64,000 bases of DNA from Hyphomicrobiales bacterium (GTDB taxonomy: Bacteria; Pseudomonadota; Alphaproteobacteria; Rhizobiales; Beijerinckiaceae), in NCBI GenBank assembly GCA_947447895.1, contig CANFLM010000005.1, forward strand, positions 4,677 through 68,676. The letters are read 5' to 3'. Made by a program: the position numbers and the translations under genes. Within the stretch, counting starts at the first letter, position 1. Every line of letters starts with the position of its first letter. The notes under the pieces were generated by a model. The model was not told where the DNA came from. It ran no database searches and saw only the letters and a list, made by a program, of their open reading frames with translations. Shown piece after piece: positions 1 through 9,499 of this stretch.

Positions 1-923
1 ACCATCTCGTCGAGCGATACAGGATAGGCCTCACCCCCTGCCGCAGCCCGCGCAAAGGCTTCGAGATTGTCGCGCACGGCCGGATGCGGCGGGTAGAAAC
101 TTGTAACGGGACTTTCCCCGCGATGCACCGTGGTCACGTCCCAACCGGTCGGCTTTTCGGGATGGGTGCGGTCGCGGATTTCCATCCAGCCTTGCGAGCC
201 AAACAAGGCCAGACGGCCGACAAAGGGTGTGGCCAGAATGGCCGTGATCATGGCCGTTGCCCCGCTCTCAAAGCCGAGCGTGATCGACAGCGTATCGCCA
301 TTGCCGAAACTGCTGCCACGGGTGGCAAGCCTGGCCCAGACTTCCTTGGGCTGGCCGAAAATGCCGATCGACAGATCGACGAGATGGATGCCGGTGGCCG
401 ACAGCGGGCCCACCGGTGCTTCCACCGGAGACAGCCGCCAATTGTCGGGCGGCAGAGCAAAAAACTTGTCTTGCGAGAAATTGCCCTCGAGCAGCAGGCT
501 GTTGCCGAATTCGCCTGCGGCAAACCGCTTGCGCATTTCGATGACAGCCGGCTCGAATCGCCGCTCGTGCCCGATGCCCAGTTGCACACCGGCCTTACGG
601 ATGGCGGCGACCGCGTCCTCGACATCATCGGCGCGGGTGCAGAGCGGCTTCTCGCAGAAAACATGCTTGCCGGCCGCTGCAGCCGCCTTGATCTGTGCGG
701 CATGGTGCTTGTGTGGCGAGCAGAGAATGACCGCGTCGATATCGGCGCGTTCCAGCGCATCCTCGAAACGGGCCGACACAGCCAGCCCCTGGGCAGCGGC
801 AAAATCACGGCCGGTCTGGTCCGGATCAATCCCCAGCACCGGACGGATCACGGCACTGTCAGCAAGATCACGGGCGATGGTGCGACCCCACCAGCCCAAT
901 CCGATAATGGCGGCTTTGATCAT
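1..923 (-). CDS. Gfo/Idh/MocA family NAD(P)-dependent oxidoreductase (3' end runs off the window)
   Basis: Absent from the ORF track because it is open at the window edge. My translation of the minus strand from the ATG at 923-921 reads MIKAAIIGLGWWGRTIARDL...AGKHVFCEKPLC, which shows the Rossmann N-terminus and EKP motif of this family. The + strand ORFs 84..1403 and 130..939 look like Arg/Ala-rich antisense artefacts. Confidence 0.8.
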   Translation of the reverse strand, partial: MIKAAIIGLGWWGRTIARDLADSAVIRPVLGIDPDQTGRDFAAAQGLAVSARFEDALERADIDAVILCSPHKHHAAQIKAAAAAGKHVFCEKPLCTRADDVEDAVAAIRKAGVQLGIGHERRFEPAVIEMRKRFAAGEFGNSLLLEGNFSQDKFFALPPDNWRLSPVEAPVGPLSATGIHLVDLSIGIFGQPKEVWARLATRGSSFGNGDTLSITLGFESGATAMITAILATPFVGRLALFGSQGWMEIRDRTHPEKPTGWDVTTVHRGESPVTSFYPPHPAVRDNLEAFARAAAGGEAYPVSLDEM

Positions 924-935
924 ATCCGGTTTTCC

Positions 936-1817
936 TTAATGCTTGCGGGACCAGAACACCGGCAGGTTGATCGGATCGGCGGCGGAAAAGCCCGCTTGCT
1001 CGGCAGCGGTATAGCCGCCGATTGCAGCCTCGACAACCGGCACCTCGACACCGAGAATTTTGGCAAAGGCCGCCATGGTCGACAGGTCCTTCTTGGCGGC
1101 GGACACATCGAAGGCAGGGGCGCCGGTCGGCTGGCCGCCGAGCAGTTTGGCAATGTCGGGGCCACGCCCTTTCATGGCCGTCGGTGTGCCCGATGTGTCG
1201 CACAGAATGTCGATCACCCGCTCGGGCGGCAAATTCAAAGGACCGCACAGGGACAGGGCCTCGCCCAGCGCCTGCCAATAGACCAGCAAAGGCAGATTGA
1301 CCGCCAGCTTCATCTTGGCCCCCGCCCCGACAGGACCGACATGCTCGATCCGGCGGCACAGCTGTTCAAGCACCGGATGGGCGCGGGCCACATCCGCATC
1401 TGAGCCGCCGCACAGGCCGAACAGCTTGCCTTCGCGCGCCGGACCCACCGTGCCACCCACCGGACATTCGACATAGTGACCGCCTTTGGCCGTCACGTCA
1501 CGGGCCGCAGCTTCCTGCACTTCCGGCAGAACCGTGCTCATCTCGATCACCAGCTTGCCTGCCAGCTCGGCCGACAGAATGCCGTGCTCGCCGCGCAACA
1601 CCGTATCGATGGCCTTGTCGTTCAACAGCATGGTGATGATGATGTCGCAATGCGCGGCGACATCCTGCGGCGTTTTGGCAGCCTTGGCACCGAGGCTAAC
1701 CAGCGGCTCGGTTTTGGCGGCATCGCGGTTCCAGACCCAGACAGAATGGCCAACACCGATCAGGCGCTGCGCCATGGCAGCACCCATACGACCCATTCCA
1801 CAAACACCAATATTCAT
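936..1817 (-). CDS. NAD(P)-dependent oxidoreductase, 3-hydroxyisobutyrate/6-phosphogluconate dehydrogenase-like (HIBADH family)
   Basis: 293 aa. The N-terminal dinucleotide fold MNIGVCGMGRMGAAMAQRL and the overall length and layout fit the HIBADH family. Confidence 0.8.
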   Translation of the reverse strand: MNIGVCGMGRMGAAMAQRLIGVGHSVWVWNRDAAKTEPLVSLGAKAAKTPQDVAAHCDIIITMLLNDKAIDTVLRGEHGILSAELAGKLVIEMSTVLPEVQEAAARDVTAKGGHYVECPVGGTVGPAREGKLFGLCGGSDADVARAHPVLEQLCRRIEHVGPVGAGAKMKLAVNLPLLVYWQALGEALSLCGPLNLPPERVIDILCDTSGTPTAMKGRGPDIAKLLGGQPTGAPAFDVSAAKKDLSTMAAFAKILGVEVPVVEAAIGGYTAAEQAGFSAADPINLPVFWSRKH

Positions 1818-1833
1818 TGCTTGACCTCGATTG

Positions 1834-3936
1834 TTACGCGTGAATTGCTTGGGTAATCCGCTCGGGCGTCAAAGGCATGTCACGGACCCTGACACCCAGA
1901 GCATGGGCAATCGCATTGCCGATGGCAGCAGCCACCGGCCCTGCCGCACATTCGCCACCGCCCAGCGAAGCCGCGCCCTCGGGAGCCACCAGCTCGATCT
2001 CGATGGCCGGGATCTCGCTGAAAGTGAGGATCGGATAATCGGCCCAGGAGCGGGTCTTGAAGCCGTCCTGCGTCCAGCCTGCCGCCTCTTTCAGGGTCCA
2101 GCTCGCCGCCTGGATGATCCCGCCTTCGATCTGGTTCATGAGACCGTCACGATGGATCACCTCCCCCGCATCAACCGCAGCCGTGACCTTCACAAGCCGG
2201 ACCGTTTCGGCGACTTCGACCTCGACGACCACCGCGCAATAGGCCCCCAGATTTTTATAGCGGGCAAAGCCGAGCCCGCGTCCGTGTCCTTCGCCGCCTG
2301 GATCATCCTGGTTCCATTGCGCCGCTTTGGCCACGGCCTCGACCACCGCCCGACCGCGCGGTTCCGACAGATGCGCCAGACGGAATTCCAGCGGATCGCG
2401 TCCCGCCAATGCCGCCAATTCGTCCATAAAGCTCTCGATGGCAAACACATTGCCATGCGCACCCAAAGCCCTCAGCGCGGAACTGCGCAATGGACCTTGC
2501 GGCAACAGGTGATGGGTGATCTTGCGCGCTCCGACATCATAAAGCGGCACGGCATTGCGGTCACCGCCGCCTTGCGGACGCGGGGCATCCGCCAATGGCG
2601 GGCGGGCATGCGGTTGAGCCAGATCGCCAGCCGCGAGCAAATTCACTCCGTCGCCAAAGCCCGGACGCGCCAGATGGGTCGGGCTCCAGACCGCATGGTT
2701 CCACGCCACGATCTGCCCGCTTTCGTCCAGTCCGGCGGACAGCTCCATCCGCATGGCTGCCCCGAACGGCGACCAGCTCAATTCATCCGCCCGTGTCCAC
2801 AGGCACATCACCGGCGCCTTGACCGCGCGGGCCAGCAGAGCGGCATCGAGTGCCACATCATCGGCGCCATTATGGCCATAGCAGCCAGCCCCGTGCGCAT
2901 GGGTCACCTGGACGTGTTCCGCCTCCAGCCCGAAGGTGCGGGCCAGCTGGCGGCGCAAGGGATAGATGCCTTGCGAATGTGACCAGACCTGCAACTGCCC
3001 GTCATGCCACTGGGCGACTGCGCAGGCCGGACCAATCGACGCATGGGCAATGAAGGGCCGCGAATAGCGTGCCGCGTGCCGGATCGGCAAATCCTTGTCC
3101 GGCTGCGCCTCGTCGAGAAAACACGTGGATAAAGGGCTGGCCTGATCCATCCAGCCGTTCAGCCCGTCATCAAGTGGCAATTCGGCCTGCCGCTGCCATT
3201 GGGCCGAACGCCGCAGCAGGGCAATGGCGGCAAGGGCGATCTCGTCGCTCTGCGCCACCACACCGGCAAAGTGGCCATCGCGCACCACGGCCACCACACC
3301 GGCAAGGGCTTTGGCCGCCGCATCGTCACACGACAGCAGCCGGTCTTGCGGATGATCGGGGCGCAACACGCGGCCATGCAACAGATCCGGCCATGTCATA
3401 TCCTGGATGAAGCCGGCACCGGACAATTTGCCGACCAGATCGGGCCGCCGGGTATGGCCGTCGTCAATGGTGCCGCCGCGCAAAACCGGTGCGGGCAAAT
3501 CCAGCACCGAGACCCCGAGATTGATCCGGTCGCGCAACTGCCAATAGGTCACGCCTTCGTTATGGCCTAGCCGACGGAACTGTCCCGCCTCGACCACCAG
3601 CTGGTCGGCAGTGGTCCCCAACACCGTTGCCGCCGCCTGTGCGGCCAGTTCGCGCAGCTGTGCCGCAGCCCAGCGCATGGCGGAGCCACCATGTTCGACC
3701 GAGAAGCTGCCTGCGGTATAGCCCTCATCCGGACCATGGGCGGTATCGGCCGCCAGAATATCGATCTGGTCGAGTTCCAGCCCCAATTCGGTGGCGGCGA
3801 TCATCGCCAGCGCGGTCGTCGCGCCCTGTCCCAATTCAACCTTGCCGGAGCGCACACCCATCAGGGGCCGCTCGTCCAGTCGGAACCAGCGTGACAGCAG
3901 TGGATTGGCTTTCAAATTGGCCGGACACTCGCTCAT
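1834..3936 (-). CDS. Molybdopterin-binding large subunit of an aldehyde oxidase/xanthine dehydrogenase-family hydroxylase (IorB-like)
   Basis: 700 aa. Resembles isoquinoline 1-oxidoreductase beta / aldehyde dehydrogenase large subunits. No Tat signal at the N-terminus. Its start overlaps the stop of the 2Fe-2S subunit gene by 4 nt (3933..3936). Confidence 0.8.
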   Translation of the reverse strand: MSECPANLKANPLLSRWFRLDERPLMGVRSGKVELGQGATTALAMIAATELGLELDQIDILAADTAHGPDEGYTAGSFSVEHGGSAMRWAAAQLRELAAQAAATVLGTTADQLVVEAGQFRRLGHNEGVTYWQLRDRINLGVSVLDLPAPVLRGGTIDDGHTRRPDLVGKLSGAGFIQDMTWPDLLHGRVLRPDHPQDRLLSCDDAAAKALAGVVAVVRDGHFAGVVAQSDEIALAAIALLRRSAQWQRQAELPLDDGLNGWMDQASPLSTCFLDEAQPDKDLPIRHAARYSRPFIAHASIGPACAVAQWHDGQLQVWSHSQGIYPLRRQLARTFGLEAEHVQVTHAHGAGCYGHNGADDVALDAALLARAVKAPVMCLWTRADELSWSPFGAAMRMELSAGLDESGQIVAWNHAVWSPTHLARPGFGDGVNLLAAGDLAQPHARPPLADAPRPQGGGDRNAVPLYDVGARKITHHLLPQGPLRSSALRALGAHGNVFAIESFMDELAALAGRDPLEFRLAHLSEPRGRAVVEAVAKAAQWNQDDPGGEGHGRGLGFARYKNLGAYCAVVVEVEVAETVRLVKVTAAVDAGEVIHRDGLMNQIEGGIIQAASWTLKEAAGWTQDGFKTRSWADYPILTFSEIPAIEIELVAPEGAASLGGGECAAGPVAAAIGNAIAHALGVRVRDMPLTPERITQAIHA

Positions 3937-4442
3937 GCCAAGCCTCCTTCGGAATGCGCCAGCAACTGGTCAATCGCCTTCAACACCCGCGCATGGACCC
4001 CGCAGCGGCACAGATGCCGCTCGTCGAGATGGGCGAGAATATGGGCACGGTCGGGACGCGGCGACTGGCTCAAAAGCCCCGCCAGAGTCATCATGATGCC
4101 ATTGGTGCAATAGCCGCATTGGGCAGCCTGCAGGGCGACAAACACCTTCTGCACCTCCCCCAGCACCGGATGCCTGTCAGCCGCCTCGATGGTGGTGACC
4201 GCCTTGCCCGCCACCGACCAGACCGGCGTGTTGCAGGACTGGACGGGCTTGCCCTCGACCAGCACCGTGCAGGCCCCGCAATAGCCCTCGGTACAGCCGA
4301 TCCGGCTGCCTTTCAAATCCATCCGGTCACGCAGCACGCTCAACAACGGGGTGTCGCCGTCCACCGAGAGGGTGATCTCGGTGCCGTTGACGGTGAGATG
4401 CTGGCCCTGTGCGCCCATGCCTGATGCCTCTGTCGTGACCAT
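3933..4442 (-). CDS. (2Fe-2S)-binding small subunit of the molybdenum hydroxylase (IorA-like)
   Basis: 169 aa. First cluster motif CTEGYCGACTV; second cluster CGYCTNG...CRCG. Confidence 0.85.
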   Translation of the reverse strand: MVTTEASGMGAQGQHLTVNGTEITLSVDGDTPLLSVLRDRMDLKGSRIGCTEGYCGACTVLVEGKPVQSCNTPVWSVAGKAVTTIEAADRHPVLGEVQKVFVALQAAQCGYCTNGIMMTLAGLLSQSPRPDRAHILAHLDERHLCRCGVHARVLKAIDQLLAHSEGGLA

Positions 4443-4443
4443 G

Positions 4444-5193
4444 TCAGTGCCCGTGGAAAATGCCGAGATGCTGGGTGATCAGTGCATCATTGCCGACCAC
4501 CTCGGAAGCCGGACCCGCAAACACCACGCGTCCGGTATTGAGGATCACCACATCATCGGCCAGCGACAGCGCGAGATTGCTGTTCTGCTCGACCAGAATG
4601 ATCGACTGACCCTCCTGCTTCAACAACGCGATGGTGCGCCCGACTTCGGCAACGATCAGCGGTGCCAGCCCTTCCGAAGGCTCGTCGAGCAACAGCACGC
4701 GCGGATTGCCCATCAAGGCTCGGCCCAAAGCCAGCATCTGCTGCTCGCCGCCCGACAAAGAGCCGGCCAATTGCTGCTGGCGTTCTTCCAGACGCGGAAA
4801 CAGATTGAAGATGCGCTGGAGATTCCAGGATTTCGGATCGTCGCTTTCGCGCTGGCGGGCAATGACCAGATTTTCCTTCACCGTTAGCGACGGGAAGATC
4901 CGGCGTCCCTGCGGGACCAGACCGACACCGGTGCGCGAGATCGCTTCCGGCGGCAGGCCACTGATGGTTTCGCCGAACAGCGAGACCGTCCCGTTGCGCG
5001 GGGCGACCAGCCCCATGATGGCGGAAATGCAGGTGGTTTTGCCCGCGCCGTTGCGGCCCAGCAAAGCCAGCACCTGCCCCTCTTTCAGCGACAGCGACAC
5101 GCCATGCAGCACATGGCTGTCGCCGTAAAAGGCATCGATATGTTCGATCGTCAGCGCTTCAGTGGCCAAGATACACCTCCCGCGTCTTTTCAT
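4444..5193 (-). CDS. livF: Branched-chain amino acid-type ABC transporter ATP-binding protein (LivF-like)
   Basis: Walker A GRNGAGKTT, signature LSGGEQQML, Walker B LLLDEPS. The first ATG (5193) overlaps livG by 35 nt. A TTG at 5169 preceded by GGGAGG with 6 nt spacing is a plausible alternative start. Confidence 0.85.
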   Translation of the reverse strand: MKRRGRCILATEALTIEHIDAFYGDSHVLHGVSLSLKEGQVLALLGRNGAGKTTCISAIMGLVAPRNGTVSLFGETISGLPPEAISRTGVGLVPQGRRIFPSLTVKENLVIARQRESDDPKSWNLQRIFNLFPRLEERQQQLAGSLSGGEQQMLALGRALMGNPRVLLLDEPSEGLAPLIVAEVGRTIALLKQEGQSIILVEQNSNLALSLADDVVILNTGRVVFAGPASEVVGNDALITQHLGIFHGH

Positions 5194-5908
5194 CGGCGAT
5201 TACGGCATCACGCTGTCCGTCAACAATCACCTTGCCATAATGCAGCAGCGTCACGGTCTCCGCGAGATCGAGTGCGGTGTCCATGTCGTGCTCGATCATC
5301 ACCAGAGTGGTCTCTCTGGGAATGGCCGCGATCAATTCTTTGATGGTGGTGCGCTCCTCGGCGGACAGGCCTGCCAGCGGTTCGTCCAGCAACAGCAGTT
5401 TCGGCTTTTGCGCCATCGCCATGGCGATTTCGACACGCCGCTTCTGGCCATAGGCGATCTCCGAGACCAACCGGTCGGCCATCGCGCCGAGACCGACCAG
5501 ACCCAGCACCCGCCGCGCCTCGACCTCCATCTCCTGATAGTGGTCCAGCGGCTTGAACAGGTTCCAGCGCGCCGGCGACAGGCCCAAGAGGCCCAGCGTC
5601 ACATTGTGCACCAGCGTATCCTTGGCAAACAGCGTGATGATCTGGTAGGTGCGCGACAGGCCCATATGCGCCCGCTCATGCGGCTTCAGGCGGGTGATGT
5701 CGGCGCCGAACAGTTTGATCTGGCCGGATGTGGGCAGGAAGTCGCCGGTGATCTGGTTGAACAGCGTGGTCTTACCCGCACCGTTCGGCCCGATGATCAA
5801 CCGCCTCTCACCCGGCATGACCTGCAGATTCACATCCTGTGTGGCCGGTAGACCGCCGAAGAATTTCTTAAGATTGATAATCTCAAGAGCAGGAACCGAA
5901 GCACTCAT
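5159..5908 (-). CDS. livG: Branched-chain amino acid-type ABC transporter ATP-binding protein (LivG-like)
   Basis: Walker A GPNGAGKTT, Walker B LLLLDEP, and the LivG-type C-terminal extension. 4-nt overlap with livM. Confidence 0.85.
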   Translation of the reverse strand: MSASVPALEIINLKKFFGGLPATQDVNLQVMPGERRLIIGPNGAGKTTLFNQITGDFLPTSGQIKLFGADITRLKPHERAHMGLSRTYQIITLFAKDTLVHNVTLGLLGLSPARWNLFKPLDHYQEMEVEARRVLGLVGLGAMADRLVSEIAYGQKRRVEIAMAMAQKPKLLLLDEPLAGLSAEERTTIKELIAAIPRETTLVMIEHDMDTALDLAETVTLLHYGKVIVDGQRDAVIADEKTREVYLGH

Positions 5909-6840
5909 GACTGGCCTCCCTGGCGGCGAGAGAAGATGCGTTTCAGCCCGGGAACAATTCCTTCAGGCAGCACCAGCACGATGAACAGGAACACGAAGCC
6001 CAGCAGCATGTTCCAGCGCTCGACATAGGCGGATGCGTAGTTCTTGAGAATGATCAGCAAGGCCGCTCCCACCACAGGCCCGCCCAGCGTGCCCGATCCC
6101 CCGGCGATCACGCTCAGCAGACCTTCCGCCGAAGCGGTGATCGAGAGCGAGGAAGGATGGATATATTTGGTGTAATAGACATAGAGCAGACCCGAAACCG
6201 CCCCCCAGAAACCGGCATAGATGAAGGTGATCCAGCGGATCATCCAGACATCATGGCCGAGAGCCGACATGCGCCGCGCCTGGTCGCGGGTTCCGCGCAA
6301 GGCGGACCCGAAAGCCGAGGAGACAAAGATCGCCATCAGCCAGTAGGAGACCACAAACACCACCAGCGTGAACCAGTAATAGTTGGCTCCCGAATCCAGC
6401 GAGATCCCGAAGGGCGCAGGGCGGACCAGCCCGCTCATGCCGTTGTCGCCATTGGTCACCGCGACCCAGCGATAGGCCAGCCCCCACAGAACCTGCGAAA
6501 GAGCCAGCGTGATCATCAGAAAGCCGAGGCCGGTGGCACGCAGGGCGATCATACCGAACAGGCCTGCCATGACCATGGTGGCCAGAATGGCGACCACGGC
6601 TGCCGTGCCAACACCAAGACCCATATGGGTGGTCGACCAGGCCGACGCATAGGCCGCAAAGCCCAGAAACGAGGCGTGACCCAGCGAGGTCAGGCCGCCA
6701 TAGCCGACCAGCAGGTTGAGGCTCATCGCAAAAATCGCCGCAATCAGGATCTGGCTGGCCAGATTGATGTAGAAGTCACCCGCAAACAGCGGGAAGACAC
6801 ACAGCAAGGCCAGAAACACAACTCCGGAAATCCGCTTCAT
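5905..6840 (-). CDS. livM: Branched-chain amino acid-type ABC transporter permease (LivM-like)
   Basis: 311 aa polytopic membrane protein with LivM-like sequence. 4-nt overlap with livH. Confidence 0.8.
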   Translation of the reverse strand: MKRISGVVFLALLCVFPLFAGDFYINLASQILIAAIFAMSLNLLVGYGGLTSLGHASFLGFAAYASAWSTTHMGLGVGTAAVVAILATMVMAGLFGMIALRATGLGFLMITLALSQVLWGLAYRWVAVTNGDNGMSGLVRPAPFGISLDSGANYYWFTLVVFVVSYWLMAIFVSSAFGSALRGTRDQARRMSALGHDVWMIRWITFIYAGFWGAVSGLLYVYYTKYIHPSSLSITASAEGLLSVIAGGSGTLGGPVVGAALLIILKNYASAYVERWNMLLGFVFLFIVLVLPEGIVPGLKRIFSRRQGGQS

Positions 6841-7703
6841 GCGCCGATCCTCCCAAACAGGCCTTGCGGGCGAAAGGCAATCACCACAATCATCGGCAGG
6901 AACAGGATCACATAGGCCAAATCAGGCAGCAACGCGATGCCGAAGGTGTAGATGAACCCGATGATGAAACTGCCGACAAACGCCCCCAGCAGCGACCCGA
7001 CACCGCCCAGAATCACCACGATCAAGGCCAATGGCAGCATATCGGCATCAAGGCCGGGATAGGCCGACATGATCGGCCCGCCCAGAACCCCGCCGGCACC
7101 GGCAATCCCCGCGCCGAGACAGAACACAGCGGTAAACAGAGCCGAGACGGGAATACCGATGGCGCGCGCCATATCCATGTCATCCACGCCCGCCCTGATC
7201 ATCGCACCAATGCGGGTGCGCTCAAGCAATCCATAAAGGGCAATGGCGGCGACTATCGCACAGCCGACAACCACCACCCGATAGGTCGGGAAGGCAAAGC
7301 CGAACAGCAGCAACGGTTTGCGCAAATCCGCAGGGGTCGGCACGGGGATCGGATCACCACCCCAAATCATCAGGCAGGCATCGGCAATGATGAAGGACAT
7401 GCCCAGCGTGACCAGAACCTGTCCGAGCGGATTGGTCGATAATTGCCGCAACACGAGACGTTCGAGCAAACCGCCAGCCGCAGCGACCAGAAGACCCGTT
7501 CCGACCGCCGCCGTCCACAGATTGACCCCGTCAATGCTGCGGATCGCATTGGCCCCCAGATAGGCCCCGAGCATGAAAAACGCACCATGGGTCAGATTGG
7601 CAATCCGCATCAGACCAAAAATCAAGGAAAAGCCCGAGGCGAGCAAAAACAACAGCCCCCCCAGCGCCAGGCTGTTCAGCCCCTGAATGATCCAAAACTG
7701 CAT
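6837..7703 (-). CDS. livH: Branched-chain amino acid-type ABC transporter permease (LivH-like)
   Basis: 288 aa polytopic membrane protein with LivH-like sequence. Confidence 0.8.
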   Translation of the reverse strand: MQFWIIQGLNSLALGGLLFLLASGFSLIFGLMRIANLTHGAFFMLGAYLGANAIRSIDGVNLWTAAVGTGLLVAAAGGLLERLVLRQLSTNPLGQVLVTLGMSFIIADACLMIWGGDPIPVPTPADLRKPLLLFGFAFPTYRVVVVGCAIVAAIALYGLLERTRIGAMIRAGVDDMDMARAIGIPVSALFTAVFCLGAGIAGAGGVLGGPIMSAYPGLDADMLPLALIVVILGGVGSLLGAFVGSFIIGFIYTFGIALLPDLAYVILFLPMIVVIAFRPQGLFGRIGA

Positions 7704-7786
7704 GGCGATAATGCCCCTTGTTCGTTTCCTACCCGGTACAGTAATCCGCTGGCGGCTTGTGCCGCTCTTATCGTGAGTTCTTCTGC

Positions 7787-8665
7787 TTAACGGTATTGCT
7801 CCATCTCGCGACGGTACCAGTCGCCGATATCGCTGGCGGTCATCAGAGCCACGCCTTCATGGCCGATGATGTAATCCAGCAATTCTTCCAGATAGCGGAT
7901 GCGATGCGGCACGCCGGTAATATAGGGATGGATCGACAGGGCCATGATGCGGGCATTGTCGGCCCCCTCACGATAGAGCCTGTCGAAATGGTCGATGCCG
8001 CGTTTCAAGAACACATCAGACTGGTGCTGTTGAAGGGCATAGACTGCGATGTCGTTCATCTCGACCGTGTAGGGAATGGTCGTGATCACGCCATAGGGCG
8101 TATCGACCTCTTGCGGCAGATCGTCGATGACCCAATCCGCCACATATTCGATGCCGTTCTTGCGCAGCAGATCAAGCGTTTCTTCGGTCTCGGTCAGGCC
8201 CGGACTTTCCCAGGAACGCGGCGGCTTGCCTGTAAACTGCATGATGGATTCAACCGTGCGGGCGATCGCATCATCCTGGTTCTCGACCTTGTGCATCGGC
8301 CCTTGCAGATAGCCGTGGCCCATGAATTCGAAGCCCGCCTCGCGCGCAGCCGACGCCACCCGCGGATAGGATTTGCAGACATTCCCGTTGATCGCCAGTG
8401 TCGTCGGAATCGCGCGCGAGGTCAGCGCCTCGAACTGCCGCCAGAAACCGGCTCGCATGCCGTATTCATGCCATGACCAGTTCGGCACATCCGGCAACAA
8501 CGGCACGCCCATCGGCGGCGGCAGCACGGTGCGCGGCATCGGCTTTTCAATCCGCCATTCCTCGACATTCAGAATGATCCACAAACCGACACGGGCATTG
8601 CCCGGCAGCGTCAGCTTGGGCCGGTCAACCAGTGCCTGATAGGGAACACGATCCGTCAAAATCAT
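7787..8665 (-). CDS. Polysaccharide deacetylase-fold hydrolase (PuuE/allantoinase-like subgroup)
   Basis: 292 aa. The segment WSWHEYGMRAGFWRQF resembles the YEYGSRAGFWRL region of PuuE-type enzymes as I remember them. Family-level call only. Confidence 0.65.
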   Translation of the reverse strand: MILTDRVPYQALVDRPKLTLPGNARVGLWIILNVEEWRIEKPMPRTVLPPPMGVPLLPDVPNWSWHEYGMRAGFWRQFEALTSRAIPTTLAINGNVCKSYPRVASAAREAGFEFMGHGYLQGPMHKVENQDDAIARTVESIMQFTGKPPRSWESPGLTETEETLDLLRKNGIEYVADWVIDDLPQEVDTPYGVITTIPYTVEMNDIAVYALQQHQSDVFLKRGIDHFDRLYREGADNARIMALSIHPYITGVPHRIRYLEELLDYIIGHEGVALMTASDIGDWYRREMEQYR

Positions 8666-8692
8666 CTCTCAACTCCGAAAAACCAAGCGGCC

Positions 8693-9499
8693 TCAATGCA
8701 GGCCTAGAAAGCCTGCAATCGCTGTGTTGAAGTCTGCACTGTTGTCGACATTTGGCAAATGCGCACCGTGCGGAACCTCGATATAGGCCGAGCCGGGAGT
8801 GGCCATCGCCATCGCACGCATCACAGCAGGAGGCGCGCCCAGATCTTCGGCACCGACCAGATAGAGCACAGGCAGGCTTACCGAGCCCAGATCCTTGAGA
8901 TAGTCGAGGGTTTTCAGGGTATCCGCACAGGCTTTATAGCCGTCCACCGATGTGGCGAGAAAGGCATCGACAAAATTCTGCAACTGGTCCGGATGGGCCT
9001 TGCGCCAGCTTTCGACGAACCAGCGTTCCATCGTGCCATTGACGATCGCCTGCAAGCCGCCGGCATCGACGGCCGCCTTGCGGTCATCCCAGCTCTGCAC
9101 GAAGGGCGGCGGATTGTCGGCACGCGCATCACAGCAGACAATCCTGTCGAACCGGTCGGCATGATGGATGGCCAGACCCAAGCCCGTCATACCGCCCAGA
9201 GACAGGCCCATGAACGAGGCTTTGCCGATATGATAGTGGTCCATCAGGGCCAGCACATCATGGGTAAGCCCGCCGAAATCATAGGGGCCTTGCGGGGCCT
9301 CTGACGCGCCGTGGCCGCGCGTGTCATAACGCAGGATGCGATAATGCTGCCCCAGCACCGCCAGCTGCGGCTCCCACATCATCATGGACGCGCCGAGCGA
9401 ATTGGACAGCACCAGCCACGGTGCCGAAGCATCCGTCAGGCCATCCAGGCGGGTGGCGAGTTTGAACCCGCCGCAATCAACCAGTGTGACAGCGCTCAT
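8693..9499 (-). CDS. Alpha/beta hydrolase (3-oxoadipate enol-lactonase / RutD-like)
   Basis: 268 aa. Nucleophile elbow GLSLGG, HGAS oxyanion region, C-terminal His. 4-nt overlap with the upstream monooxygenase gene. Confidence 0.8.
   Translation of the reverse strand: MSAVTLVDCGGFKLATRLDGLTDASAPWLVLSNSLGASMMMWEPQLAVLGQHYRILRYDTRGHGASEAPQGPYDFGGLTHDVLALMDHYHIGKASFMGLSLGGMTGLGLAIHHADRFDRIVCCDARADNPPPFVQSWDDRKAAVDAGGLQAIVNGTMERWFVESWRKAHPDQLQNFVDAFLATSVDGYKACADTLKTLDYLKDLGSVSLPVLYLVGAEDLGAPPAVMRAMAMATPGSAYIEVPHGAHLPNVDNSADFNTAIAGFLGLH

Noticed and set aside
84-1403. 439-aa plus-strand ORF spanning the first two genes
   Set aside because: It runs antisense across two separate minus-strand genes with clear Rossmann-fold N-termini. 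It is Arg/Gly-rich and spans their intergenic gap, which a real gene would be unlikely to do.
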